Source: Candidatus Uhrbacteria bacterium
GTDB taxonomy: Bacteria > Patescibacteriota > Patescibacteriia > UBA9934 > GWF2-40-263
Direction of reading: 5' to 3'
Length of the DNA stretch: 64,000 nt
Assembly (NCBI GenBank): GCA_026395055.1
Contig: JAPLZK010000004.1
Span: forward strand, 18,805 to 82,804
Under the pieces are notes generated by a model that did not search any database, had not been told where the DNA came from, and saw only the letters and a list, made by a program, of their open reading frames with translations. Of the stretch, positions 44,126-53,323 are shown piece after piece. How positions within the stretch are numbered: the first letter of the stretch is position 1; the number at the start of each line of letters is the position of its first letter. Made by a program: the position numbers and the translations under genes.

Positions 44126-45145
44126 ATGTCCACACCAAGCAGTATCGATACGTCTCGTGTTGAGTCTGAAGTGTTTCGTTCCGCAAGAAACTATTTTGCA
44201 GACCAAGGGTTCGTGGAACTTTTTCCTCCTCGCATCGTACGAGCGAGTGGGGCGTGTGAGAATGTGGATACGCTCTTTGAGGTTCGCGTTGATGGCGATC
44301 ATAAATGGTTTGAGCCAAATGGAACAAAGTCCCATTCGTATCTTGCGCAGACCGGACAGCTCTACCTTGAAGCGTATGTGCCAAAGTATGAGAATGTCTA
44401 TTGTGTAGGCCCAAGCTTTCGTGCGGAAGATGGCGTGGATGCACGACATCTCACAGAGTTCACGATGCTCGAAATTGAGTTTGCGGGCGGGTTCGAGAAG
44501 TTATTACAACACATTGAAGGCATGGTTTCTCATGTGGCACATGCAATTGGGACACGTTCTTCGAAGTTTGGGATTGATGAAGATCATGCGATGCGACTCA
44601 AATCATGCCCATCAATCTTCCCGCGCATCACGTATGATGAGGCTATTGAGAAACTCGCATCAATGGGCGAAACGATTGAGTGGGGAGATGACATTGATCG
44701 TCATCGTGAGCAAAAGCTTGTTTTGCAGTATGGAAATGTTCCACTCTTCATTACGCATTATCCAGACCCAATGATTAACTTCGGAAAAGAAATTGAGGTC
44801 GAAAAGTTTTTTAACATGCTTCCAGATCCAAAACGTCCGGGTCGCGTACAAAGTTCTGATCTCATCCTTCCGATCTCGGGCGAATCTGTTGGGTCTGCGG
44901 CGCGTGTGCATGAAGTTCAAATGCTTGTTGATCGATTATCAAACTCAAAGATGTTTAAACGATTAGAAAAACGCGGAGGAAGCATGGAAGATTTCTCTTG
45001 GTACATTGATCATGTTCGTGATAATGGAGCGGTTCCACATGCAGGGTGTGGGTTCGGGATGGCGAGAATTTTGCAATGGATTATTGGTGTGGCAGACATT
45101 CGAGATGCAGTGACATTCGTACAAAACAAAGAACAGTTGATCTAA
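44126..45145 (+). CDS. AsnRS/AspRS-like class II catalytic-domain protein lacking an anticodon-binding domain (archaeal-type asparagine synthetase AsnA-like)
   Basis: Class II motif 2 (GPSFRAE...TEFTMLEIE) and motif 3 (GCGFGMARIL); about 340 aa with no N-terminal OB domain. Confidence 0.6.
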   Translation: MSTPSSIDTSRVESEVFRSARNYFADQGFVELFPPRIVRASGACENVDTLFEVRVDGDHKWFEPNGTKSHSYLAQTGQLYLEAYVPKYENVYCVGPSFRAEDGVDARHLTEFTMLEIEFAGGFEKLLQHIEGMVSHVAHAIGTRSSKFGIDEDHAMRLKSCPSIFPRITYDEAIEKLASMGETIEWGDDIDRHREQKLVLQYGNVPLFITHYPDPMINFGKEIEVEKFFNMLPDPKRPGRVQSSDLILPISGESVGSAARVHEVQMLVDRLSNSKMFKRLEKRGGSMEDFSWYIDHVRDNGAVPHAGCGFGMARILQWIIGVADIRDAVTFVQNKEQLI

Positions 45146-45168
45146 ACGATTCGAAAAAAAATCAGGGT

Positions 45169-46152
45169 TTATGCAACCCCGATTTTTTTTCTAACTTCGA
45201 TCATTTTTTTCTGTGCAATCTCACGAGCTTTTGTTGCGCCACTTTCAAGAACCATGCGAAGCATGTCTTCGTCTTCAAGATACGATTTGATTTTTTCTTG
45301 GAGTGGACTTAGAAACGCCGTGATCTCAGCTGCAAGGGCGACTTTGAAATCCCCGTAGCCCTTGCCCTCAAATATTTTCTCTATTTCTCCCACGCTTGAT
45401 CCACTCATAAGCGAATAGATGGTCATCAAGTTTGCCATGCCTTTGCGATGCTCTCGATACACGATGGTTCCTTCTGAATCTGTGACAGCACTTTTGATTT
45501 TCTTAAGAACAGTCGCCTCGTCGTCCATAAGCGAGATGTAATTTTTCTCACTTGGTGCCGACTTCGACATTTTCTTTTCCGGATCATCAAGTCCCATAAT
45601 GCGCGCGCCGGATTCTCGAATCTGTGGTTTTGGAATGACGAACGTATAGCCGAATCGGTTATTAAATCGTTCTGCTAAATCTCGTGCGAGTTCTACGTGT
45701 TGCTTTTGATCATCACCAACCGGAACAATGTGCGTATCATACAAAAGAATATCGGCGGCCATGAGGATTGGATACGTAAACAATCCAACAGAGACAGATT
45801 CGCCTTTGCCTTTCGCTTTATCTTTGTACTGTGTCATGCGTTCCATTTCTCCCATGCCGGCAATACAGCTTAAGATCCACGCAAGTTCTGTGTGTTCTTG
45901 CACATGTGATTGTTGGAACAAAACGGTTTTGGTTGTGTCTACGCCGGCCGCAAGGTAAACCGCTGTTGCAAACAATAAATTTTTGCGAAGGGTTTCTGGA
46001 TCTTGGGGAACGGTGATCGCGTGATAGTCGACCGCAAAGAGGAAATTTTCATTTCCTTTATTTTGCAAATCTAAAAATGGTTCAATCGCACCGAAATAAT
46101 TTCCGATGTGGAGAACACCGGTTGGTTGGAGGGCAGTGAGTACTCGTGACAT
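45169..46152 (-). CDS. trpS: Tryptophanyl-tRNA synthetase
   Basis: GVLHIGNYFGA (HIGH-type) and KMSKS; 327 aa. Confidence 0.85.
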   Translation of the reverse strand: MSRVLTALQPTGVLHIGNYFGAIEPFLDLQNKGNENFLFAVDYHAITVPQDPETLRKNLLFATAVYLAAGVDTTKTVLFQQSHVQEHTELAWILSCIAGMGEMERMTQYKDKAKGKGESVSVGLFTYPILMAADILLYDTHIVPVGDDQKQHVELARDLAERFNNRFGYTFVIPKPQIRESGARIMGLDDPEKKMSKSAPSEKNYISLMDDEATVLKKIKSAVTDSEGTIVYREHRKGMANLMTIYSLMSGSSVGEIEKIFEGKGYGDFKVALAAEITAFLSPLQEKIKSYLEDEDMLRMVLESGATKAREIAQKKMIEVRKKIGVA

Positions 46153-46208
46153 ATGAGGAAAGGATAACAGAAAAGCCCATTTCTTGCGATCTGGGCTTTT
46201 TGTTGCGT

Positions 46209-48038
46209 TTAGACTTCAATGATAACAGGCAAAATCATCGGGCGGCGTTCCGTTTTCTTAAACAAGAACTTACCCACTTCATCGCGAATTTGATCGCGAA
46301 GGTATTTTGGATCTAATTCTGAACCAGGAGCTTTTTCAACGACCAGTTTTTTGACTTCTTTGCGTGTTCCTTCAATCAGCTCAATATGATCTTTCATGAA
46401 GATGAATCCGCGAGAGACAATGTCTGGATTGCCAACAAGTTTTCCGGTGTGCTTTTCAACCTGAACGATGACAACCACCATTCCGTCTTCTGCCAAAACT
46501 TGGCGATCACGGAGCACGACTTGAGAAACGTCTCCTACACCGAGTCCGTCTACAAAGACGTAGTCGGTTGGAACCTTCTCGTTTGTGAGTTTTCCGTGAC
46601 CTTTTGAAAACTCCATGATCTGTCCGTTGTCCACGATGAAAATGTTTTCTTCTTTCCAACCCATGGATTGTGCAACGAGTCCGTTTTCACGAAGAAGGAA
46701 ATGGTTTCCTTCAATTGGCACGTAGTAGGTTGGTTTGAAGAGTGCGAGCATGAGTTTGATGTCTTCTTTCTTTGCGTGACCTCCTGCGTGAACGTCCATC
46801 ATCTTGTAGTTGATGACTTTGCATCCTTTGCGATACAGCGTGTCCATGAGGCGTTGCACAGAGTTTTCATTTCCTGGAATAACAGAGCTTGAGAAAATGA
46901 CGGTATCTGTTTTGCGAATTTTAATGACACGATGTTCATTACTTGCAATACGATTCAGCGCCGCTTTCTTTTCGCCCTGAGCACCCGTACAGATAAGCAC
47001 GAGCTTATTGTCTGCGTAAGCATCCATTTGTTCTGGTTTGATGAGCGTGGATGCTTGGCATTTGATGAATCCAAGTTCTTTTGCGATTTCAATGTTTGTT
47101 TTCATGGAGTAGCCGTCGATGGCTACTTTCTTTCCCAAAGACTCGGAGATTTCAATAATTTGTTTTACACGTGCAAGAAGGGAAGCGAACGTTCCAATAA
47201 TGATACGTCCTTGTGCTTTTTCAATGACTGCACGTAATTCGTCTTCAATAACCTTTTCTGAGATTTGGTGGCCAGGAACGTTTGCGTTTGTGGAATCTCC
47301 CATGAGAACCAAAACACCTTTCTTTCCAATAGCCGCAATGGTTTGAAAGTCCGCGTGTTCCGTCCCCGCTGGATGAAAGTCAAACTTCCAGTCTCCGGTA
47401 TGACAAACCGTTCCAACAGGTGTTTCTACAACGATTCCGACAGAGTCTGGAATGTTGTGGTTAATGTGGAAGAAAGAAACCGTAAACGCTCCAAGTTTCA
47501 GAATATCTGTATTCTTTGTGACTTTGAGGTTCAATGGACGTGTATGGAAGTCTTCTTGTCGGCGTTTGATAATTCCAGCGGACATTGGCAATGCGTAAAT
47601 AGTTGGATTGCCGATATTTGGAACGGTGTGTGGAATCGCTCCGATGTGGTCATAGTGACCATGGGTAATAATGACTCCACGAATATTTTTTTCTTTTCCT
47701 TTCAAATACGTCATGTTTGGAATGATGTAATCAACTCCAGGCATGTTTTCTTCTGGGAACTGAAGTCCCATGTCGATGATAATGATGTCATCTTTGTATT
47801 CAAGAAGGGTGCAGTTGCGTCCAACTTCTTCGCATCCTCCGAGCACCATGATGCGGAGTTTGTCTCCACTTGAAGTGGAATACGTTTTAACAGAGCTGAC
47901 TTGTTGTGGAGTTTCTACAAAGCGTCGTGGTTGAGCGCGAAATACGCGTCCTTTAAATTTATTGTCTCCCGGTTTGCCTCCTCCTGGTTTGTGGTCTCCC
48001 GGTTTTGGTGCGGGAGGTTTTTGGTTTGTTTGTACCAT
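46209..48038 (-). CDS. rnj: Ribonuclease J (metallo-beta-lactamase + beta-CASP), with a Pro/Gly/Lys-rich N-terminal extension
   Basis: HGHYDHIG motif and beta-CASP region; 609 aa. Confidence 0.8.
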   Translation of the reverse strand: MVQTNQKPPAPKPGDHKPGGGKPGDNKFKGRVFRAQPRRFVETPQQVSSVKTYSTSSGDKLRIMVLGGCEEVGRNCTLLEYKDDIIIIDMGLQFPEENMPGVDYIIPNMTYLKGKEKNIRGVIITHGHYDHIGAIPHTVPNIGNPTIYALPMSAGIIKRRQEDFHTRPLNLKVTKNTDILKLGAFTVSFFHINHNIPDSVGIVVETPVGTVCHTGDWKFDFHPAGTEHADFQTIAAIGKKGVLVLMGDSTNANVPGHQISEKVIEDELRAVIEKAQGRIIIGTFASLLARVKQIIEISESLGKKVAIDGYSMKTNIEIAKELGFIKCQASTLIKPEQMDAYADNKLVLICTGAQGEKKAALNRIASNEHRVIKIRKTDTVIFSSSVIPGNENSVQRLMDTLYRKGCKVINYKMMDVHAGGHAKKEDIKLMLALFKPTYYVPIEGNHFLLRENGLVAQSMGWKEENIFIVDNGQIMEFSKGHGKLTNEKVPTDYVFVDGLGVGDVSQVVLRDRQVLAEDGMVVVIVQVEKHTGKLVGNPDIVSRGFIFMKDHIELIEGTRKEVKKLVVEKAPGSELDPKYLRDQIRDEVGKFLFKKTERRPMILPVIIEV

Positions 48039-48386
48039 AATATTCTGTGATTAGAAGTTGCTGAGTCGTTAAGTTTTTGAGTCGAGGTATATATTTTCCT
48101 AAATAGAAGACAGTGATTCCTTGACTAAATGACTTATCGACTCAACAACGCTTGTTTTTTCTAGTTAAGCGATCAAAAAAATACAAAAACAAAAACAAGG
48201 TTTTTTGATCGAATATCTTCAATTGTAAAAGAACAGTCTCTCTCCAGAAAAATCACGACGAACACGCGAACTTTTTAAGATGGTCTCGTGAACGGAGAGC
48301 ATCCAGAAAATGTCACGTGTTGTCTATGAACTTATTGTAGCGTGTTTCAAGAAGATCGGCTATCGGGCCGTTGCAACGCATTTCGA

Positions 48387-48472
48387 TGGTGCGGATGAGA
48401 GGACTTGAACCTCCAAGGGCTTGCGCCCACAGGCTTCTGAGACCTGCGCGTATACCATTCCGCCACATCCGC
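48387..48472 (-). tRNA. tRNA-Leu (anticodon CAG), type II with long variable arm, CCA encoded
   Basis: Manual fold: acceptor GCGGATG/CATCCGC, anticodon stem CAGGT/GCCTG with loop CTCAGAA, a 14-nt variable arm, and a TTCAAGT T-loop. Confidence 0.75.
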
Positions 48473-48546
48473 ATAGTGCTTCTGAGACCTACGCGCCTGC
48501 CTGCCGGCAGGCAGGTATACCAATTCCGCCATTCGTCCATGAGCGA
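48473..48546 (-). pseudogene. Degenerate duplicate of the tRNA-Leu 5' half, interrupted in the D-arm by palindromic element A
   Basis: GGCGGAATTGGTATAC[CTGCCTGCCGGCAGGCAGG]CGCGTAGGTCTCAGAAGCAC aligns with GGCGGAATGGTATACGCGCAGGTCTCAGAAGCC of the intact tRNA directly downstream. Confidence 0.6.
48493..48515. repeat. Palindromic element A, copy 4 (inside the tRNA-Leu fragment)
   Basis: GCGCCTGCCTGCCGGCAGGCAGG. Confidence 0.85.
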
Positions 48547-48560
48547 AATGCGTTGAGTGC

Positions 48561-50252
48561 TTACTTCAGGGTTTGTTTTGTCTTGATGTACCAATCTTCC
48601 ACATTCGCAAAGCGATCTGATGGAACGCGCAGGGAAGGAGGAAGATTTAAGTGAATCTTTTTTGGTTCCGCAAACGCATAGGTAGATTGATAAAGAAAAA
48701 CTGCTGGGACTTCTTTTACCAGAAGAGACTGGAATTGTCGAGAGAGTATGTCTTCATCTGCCTGGGTTTTTGCAGAACGGGCCTTTTCTAGGAGTTTGTC
48801 TGCATCTGCGTTTTGATAGTGAGAAATATTGAACCCACCTTTTCCAATTTGAGAAGAATGCCAGAAGAAATAGGGGTCCGGGTTTGTTGCTCCGTAATTG
48901 GCCGTTAGAAGGAGTTCGTAGTCTTGTGTAGCGACAACATCGGTCATTAAGTTGTCTGCGTCAACGGTTTTAATAGTGATGCCGATTCCAAGAAGGCTCA
49001 ATTCGTCTTTTATTTCTTGTGCAACATGAACAAATTCGTCGCTTGAGATGGTTGTGAGGGTAAAGGAAACATCTACTCCTGGCTGTGCCGGCGTATCTGT
49101 TCCTTTTTTCTTTGCAACAGGTTTGTTAGAGATCTGACGCAATGTTGCGCCAACAGGTTTTTGAAAACCCGCTGTGTCTAACCCGGAAGCTGCTGCAGAA
49201 GGATCAAAAGCGATTCCAGCGAATGTGGGATCAAAGGCAGATGTCCCATTGAAAATTGGACCATTCATGACGCTAGCGTGGGAAGAAAGAACTTGTGAAA
49301 CAAGTTTATTCTTATCAATGGCCTGTGCGATAGCAAGACGGACAGCTGTATTCTTTAATAGAGCGTTTTGCGTATTGAAATAAAGAGCGGTTCCACGGGG
49401 AATAGAGGAATACAGAAGATTAACCCCGTGATTATTTTCAATGGTGGCACGATGTTCAAATGCAACGTATCCAACAGCCTCTACGTTTTTGTTGGTGAGA
49501 GCTTGGGTGGCAGATTGTTCGTCTGGATAAAATTTAAAAATGAACTTTTCAATTTTTGGTTCAGTGCCGTAGTAATGGGTATTACGTTTGAGTGTGTATG
49601 TTCTAATGGAGCCTTTTTTGTCTTTGGTAAATTCTTGAAACGCATAAGGTCCGCTTCCGATTGGTTGGAGGTTTAAAGAGGCAAGCGGAACATTTTGTGC
49701 CAAAATATCCGACCACAAGTTGTTTGGGAGAATTCCAATGGTTAATTTGTGTGAAAAAGAAGGATCTGGGTTTTTGAGTGTGAACAAAACGGTCTGGTCG
49801 TCGGCTTGTTCAATTTTTATGTCGCGAAAATCCGCAGAAAGGGGGCTGCGGTAGTCTGAATCTTGGAGGGCAGAGTAGGTAAAGACCACATCACGTGCTT
49901 GAACAGGTTCGCCATCTGAAAATTTGGCGTTTGGATTGATGCGGAGGGTATAGCTTAATTGATCATTGCTTACGGTCATGGAATCTGCGAGATCATTTAT
50001 GTATCCTTGTGTTGGATCCCATTTGAGGAGACCTGAATAGATAAGGGATGCTAAATCCTCGTCCGCGTCGTTTGTGGACGCATAAAGTGGATTGATAAGT
50101 CTTGGGGTTCCAATAAGAGCTTCTGTGTCGTCTCCGCCAACAGCCGGGAGCTCTACGCGGTGTGCGAAAACATAAACACCCGCAAGAAAGAGGAGTGAGA
50201 CGAAGATAAGAGACAAAGATCCAAGAAACATCTTTTTTTCTTGGAGACTCAT
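48561..50252 (-). CDS. ABC transporter substrate-binding protein, family 5 (Opp/Dpp-like), membrane anchored
   Basis: N-terminal TM anchor; length and composition typical of SBP_bac_5. Confidence 0.5.
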   Translation of the reverse strand: MSLQEKKMFLGSLSLIFVSLLFLAGVYVFAHRVELPAVGGDDTEALIGTPRLINPLYASTNDADEDLASLIYSGLLKWDPTQGYINDLADSMTVSNDQLSYTLRINPNAKFSDGEPVQARDVVFTYSALQDSDYRSPLSADFRDIKIEQADDQTVLFTLKNPDPSFSHKLTIGILPNNLWSDILAQNVPLASLNLQPIGSGPYAFQEFTKDKKGSIRTYTLKRNTHYYGTEPKIEKFIFKFYPDEQSATQALTNKNVEAVGYVAFEHRATIENNHGVNLLYSSIPRGTALYFNTQNALLKNTAVRLAIAQAIDKNKLVSQVLSSHASVMNGPIFNGTSAFDPTFAGIAFDPSAAASGLDTAGFQKPVGATLRQISNKPVAKKKGTDTPAQPGVDVSFTLTTISSDEFVHVAQEIKDELSLLGIGITIKTVDADNLMTDVVATQDYELLLTANYGATNPDPYFFWHSSQIGKGGFNISHYQNADADKLLEKARSAKTQADEDILSRQFQSLLVKEVPAVFLYQSTYAFAEPKKIHLNLPPSLRVPSDRFANVEDWYIKTKQTLK

Positions 50253-50417
50253 GACACTTGGAAGTTGTTCCCATTGTTTCCATGTTGGAAAGGAGCGGGG
50301 TTTTGTAACAGAAAGAACCTGGCGAAGGGCCAGGTTTTTTGTTTGATGAGCTTCCGGATTCTTTGAGGATTTAAAAAAACGCGTAAAGATATTGCGGAAT
50401 TAAGAATGAATCCGCCT

Positions 50418-50639
50418 TTACAAAAGGATACCAGCAAGAGATACACCGAAAAAAAGAATGGCGATCAAGATGGTTGCTTGGAACAGTTTTTTTTCTGCTC
50501 CACGTTTTGTGCGGTAGACGTTTCCACCTCCACCAAACGCTGCTCCGATTCCTGTTCCGCGTGATTGCAATAAAATGGAGGCAATAAGCAATACGGCAAG
50601 AACGACTTCTGCGATTTTGAGAATGAGATCAATCTTCAT
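50418..50639 (-). CDS. secG: Preprotein translocase subunit SecG
   Basis: IASILLQSRGTGIGAAFGGGGNVYRTKRGAEKKL matches the SecG core; 73 aa. Confidence 0.65.
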   Translation of the reverse strand: MKIDLILKIAEVVLAVLLIASILLQSRGTGIGAAFGGGGNVYRTKRGAEKKLFQATILIAILFFGVSLAGILL

Positions 50640-50703
50640 AGTGAAATAATGGTACCAAAAACAGCCCGAATCGTCAACCGTTTGTGGATGGTTTTTTGGG
50701 ATT

Positions 50704-50726
50704 CGCCTGCCTGCCGGCAGGCACGG
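50704..50726. repeat. Palindromic element A, copy 5 (one mismatch)
   Basis: CGCCTGCCTGCCGGCAGGCACGG. Confidence 0.8.
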
Positions 50727-50881
50727 CAAAGCGTTTCATTCCTTTTCCGGTCATTTTCATCTTTGGGTTCCGTTTTACATGACGGCGCTTTGCGCGATCT
50801 TGTTCTCGCGCTTCTTCTTCCACAATGTGCGTATTTTTGTCTCGCATAGAGGTAAAACTATGATATACTTTTTGTAATAAA

Positions 50882-51625
50882 TTGTCTTTCATGAAAGATG
50901 ACGCACAAGTTCATCAAAAGCGAGGTTGGACAGGCACGATTATTACGCTCGTGATTCTTTTTTTGCTCGGTGCGTTTGTGTGGCGTGTGGTTTTTTTTAC
51001 CGCGCAAATTAGAAATGGAGGATTGAACTTATCTGATTTGAATTTTTCAAAAACAGTCTCCACCATGACAAAACTCGCTTCAGAGCCTGTGAAAGAAGGG
51101 GGGTTAGATGTTGCCATAAACAACAGGCCAACACTTGGAACCAAAAGCGCGCCAATAACAATCGTTGAGTTCGCGGATTTTGGTTGCCCATTCTCACGCA
51201 CCTCGAGTGTGATCATACGTACACTTGCAGCAAAGTATCCAAACCAATTTTCGTTTATTTACAGAGATTTTCCTTTACCAGAACTTCATCTGTTTGCACA
51301 AAAGGCATCAGAAGCTGCAGCGTGCGCAGAAGAACAAGGAAAGTTTTGGGAATATCATGACAAGCTCTATCAGAATCAGAATACACTCGGGGACGATTCC
51401 TTTGAACAATTCGCGAATCAGTTAAACATGGACACAGCGCGTTTTCATGATTGTTATGCTGGACACACGTACGCCAAACAAATAGAACAAGATTATCAGG
51501 ATGGTTTAGCTGCGGGCGTACGCGGAACCCCAACATTTTTTATCAACGGAACGCGCGTTCCCGGATCTATCCCACAAAATATTTTGGAGAACGTCATTCA
51601 GTCTGTGAATGCTCAAAAGAACTAA
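50882..51625 (+). CDS. DsbA-like thioredoxin-fold protein with CPFS (CxxS) active-site variant, membrane anchored
   Basis: TM helix, then EFADFGCPFS and a C-terminal GTPTFFINGTRV block typical of the DsbA/thioredoxin fold. Confidence 0.5.
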   Translation: MSFMKDDAQVHQKRGWTGTIITLVILFLLGAFVWRVVFFTAQIRNGGLNLSDLNFSKTVSTMTKLASEPVKEGGLDVAINNRPTLGTKSAPITIVEFADFGCPFSRTSSVIIRTLAAKYPNQFSFIYRDFPLPELHLFAQKASEAAACAEEQGKFWEYHDKLYQNQNTLGDDSFEQFANQLNMDTARFHDCYAGHTYAKQIEQDYQDGLAAGVRGTPTFFINGTRVPGSIPQNILENVIQSVNAQKN

Positions 51626-51631
51626 TGTTTT

Positions 51632-53128
51632 ATGATAAGACCTTTTCGTTTATTTTTTCGCCACCTTTTGTCTGCACTTGTATGTGCGACGATTGGATTA
51701 TTTTTCATGGCCCCTGTGGTTTTTGCTGCCACACCAGCAACTGCCTTACATGATTGCTATTGTGCAACCAGTTTAGGTGTTGAAAAAAAAACAGAGGCAA
51801 TTACACCAGAAACTTGTCTTGCGCTCTGTAAAAAAAATGGGCAGTCGATGGCTGCGTTTGTCACAAATGCAGCGAATGCTCCAGATCGTAGCGGATATTG
51901 TTATACAGAAGAACAATGTACAAAACAAAATGGAATTTTGGATGAAAAACAGGCTTGGGACTGTGTAAAAGGACAAAGATATTGTTACCCTGATCCAAAA
52001 AAATCCGCGAAAGTAACATTGAATGTCTCCATTCCAAACCCAGCAGATCCATCAAAACCACTAACATTAACGGGAAATATTGCGGATTATATTAACGCCA
52101 TGTTTTCTTTCATGATTAATGCGGGAATCGTCATTGCGATTGTGATGACTATGATTGGTGGACTTCAGTATACACTCGGAGCAACAACAAAAGACGGTGT
52201 TTCAAAAGGGAAGGATCGTATTAAAAACGGAGTTACGGGTCTTGTATTGTTGCTCTGTGTGACCTTGATTGCACAAACAATCAATCCATATTTGATTCGA
52301 ATGCAACTTCCAAAGTTCCCCATGATTAAACCTATTGGACTTCCAGAAGGAGCGAGTTCGTGCGAACAATATATAGCAAAGAAAGATAAAAATGGAAAAA
52401 ATCTTTATAAGATGGAAACCCCATGGGATGGAAAAGGTGATGCGTGTGGGAACTCATCAACGGTTGTTGCGGCAGAAGGTCAGCCGGAAGTTTCTGCAGG
52501 AATTTCTTGTGATTATAATAAGTGTGCAGATCTTTCAAAGGGCTGTCTTGGGAGTGGAAAGAATGCAAAATGTTTAAGTTGTGTAGATGTTGTTGAAGAT
52601 AACCCTACTAACATAGTACCTTCAAGCTCTGTGTGTTCACAGCTTTCTACCGAATCAGATGCTGCAACCATTTCAATTCCTGGATCTGAAGTTTCTTCAG
52701 CAAAAACAGGAGAAACAAAAGAAATGACAAAACAAGTGAAGGATTATTACCGATGCGGTTGGACAAAAGATAAAGATGTAAATAATGGTGTTGTGAAATT
52801 AGGCAGTTCTGGATCTTGTGCGAAGATTACAATTAATTGTAAGAATATTAAGAAGTGTGAGGATTATGATTATGTCAACGTATCAAACAGTGTGTATCCT
52901 GGACCGGGTGCAGATTTGGAAGATGTGATTCAAGAGAATAATGCGATTTGTGCGGTTGGTGGCGGGTGTGGTGATTTTGGTCTTCAGACAATTTGTAAAG
53001 AAAATCCTTGTGGGTTAAATGCAGGCGGTATCGTTCCAACGACGTGTGTGTACAGCTCATCAGGTACGGTTGCCTCGTTGGGTATACCGAAAGATGATTG
53101 TAAAACAACAACGAATACAAAAGATTAG
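51632..53128 (+). CDS. Secreted/membrane Cys-rich hypothetical protein (signal peptide + 2 internal TM helices)
   Basis: Signal peptide and many Cys residues. The central two-TM segment has a topology resembling TrbC/VirB2-like pilin, but this is not established. Confidence 0.4.
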   Translation: MIRPFRLFFRHLLSALVCATIGLFFMAPVVFAATPATALHDCYCATSLGVEKKTEAITPETCLALCKKNGQSMAAFVTNAANAPDRSGYCYTEEQCTKQNGILDEKQAWDCVKGQRYCYPDPKKSAKVTLNVSIPNPADPSKPLTLTGNIADYINAMFSFMINAGIVIAIVMTMIGGLQYTLGATTKDGVSKGKDRIKNGVTGLVLLLCVTLIAQTINPYLIRMQLPKFPMIKPIGLPEGASSCEQYIAKKDKNGKNLYKMETPWDGKGDACGNSSTVVAAEGQPEVSAGISCDYNKCADLSKGCLGSGKNAKCLSCVDVVEDNPTNIVPSSSVCSQLSTESDAATISIPGSEVSSAKTGETKEMTKQVKDYYRCGWTKDKDVNNGVVKLGSSGSCAKITINCKNIKKCEDYDYVNVSNSVYPGPGADLEDVIQENNAICAVGGGCGDFGLQTICKENPCGLNAGGIVPTTCVYSSSGTVASLGIPKDDCKTTTNTKD

Positions 53129-53207
53129 TCGTGTGATAAACCGGGCGGCCTTCAAGGCTTGCCCGTTTTTATTTTCCGTGATAGAGTCGCAGACGATTTA
53201 TAACTGC

Positions 53208-53310
53208 AAAGTCAAAGAGTCATAAAGTCAAAGAGTGATTGTTGGTGCGAACTCATTTGTGCTTAAAAAGAAGCTTCATTCACTTTTCGACTCTTTGACT
53301 TTTCGACTTT
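53208..53310. repeat. Imperfect long hairpin built from AAAGTCAAAGAGTC units upstream of uvrA
   Basis: Arm 1 at 53208-53237 (two direct AAGTCAAAGAGT units) and complementary arm 2 at 53281-53310 (ACTCTTTGACTT units). Confidence 0.6.
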
Positions 53311-53323
53311 CTTCTTTCCTCCT

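Noticed and set aside
10394-50726. CRISPR array explanation for the recurring palindromes
   Set aside because: Copies are tens of kb apart, not regularly spaced with unique spacers, and no cas genes are present.
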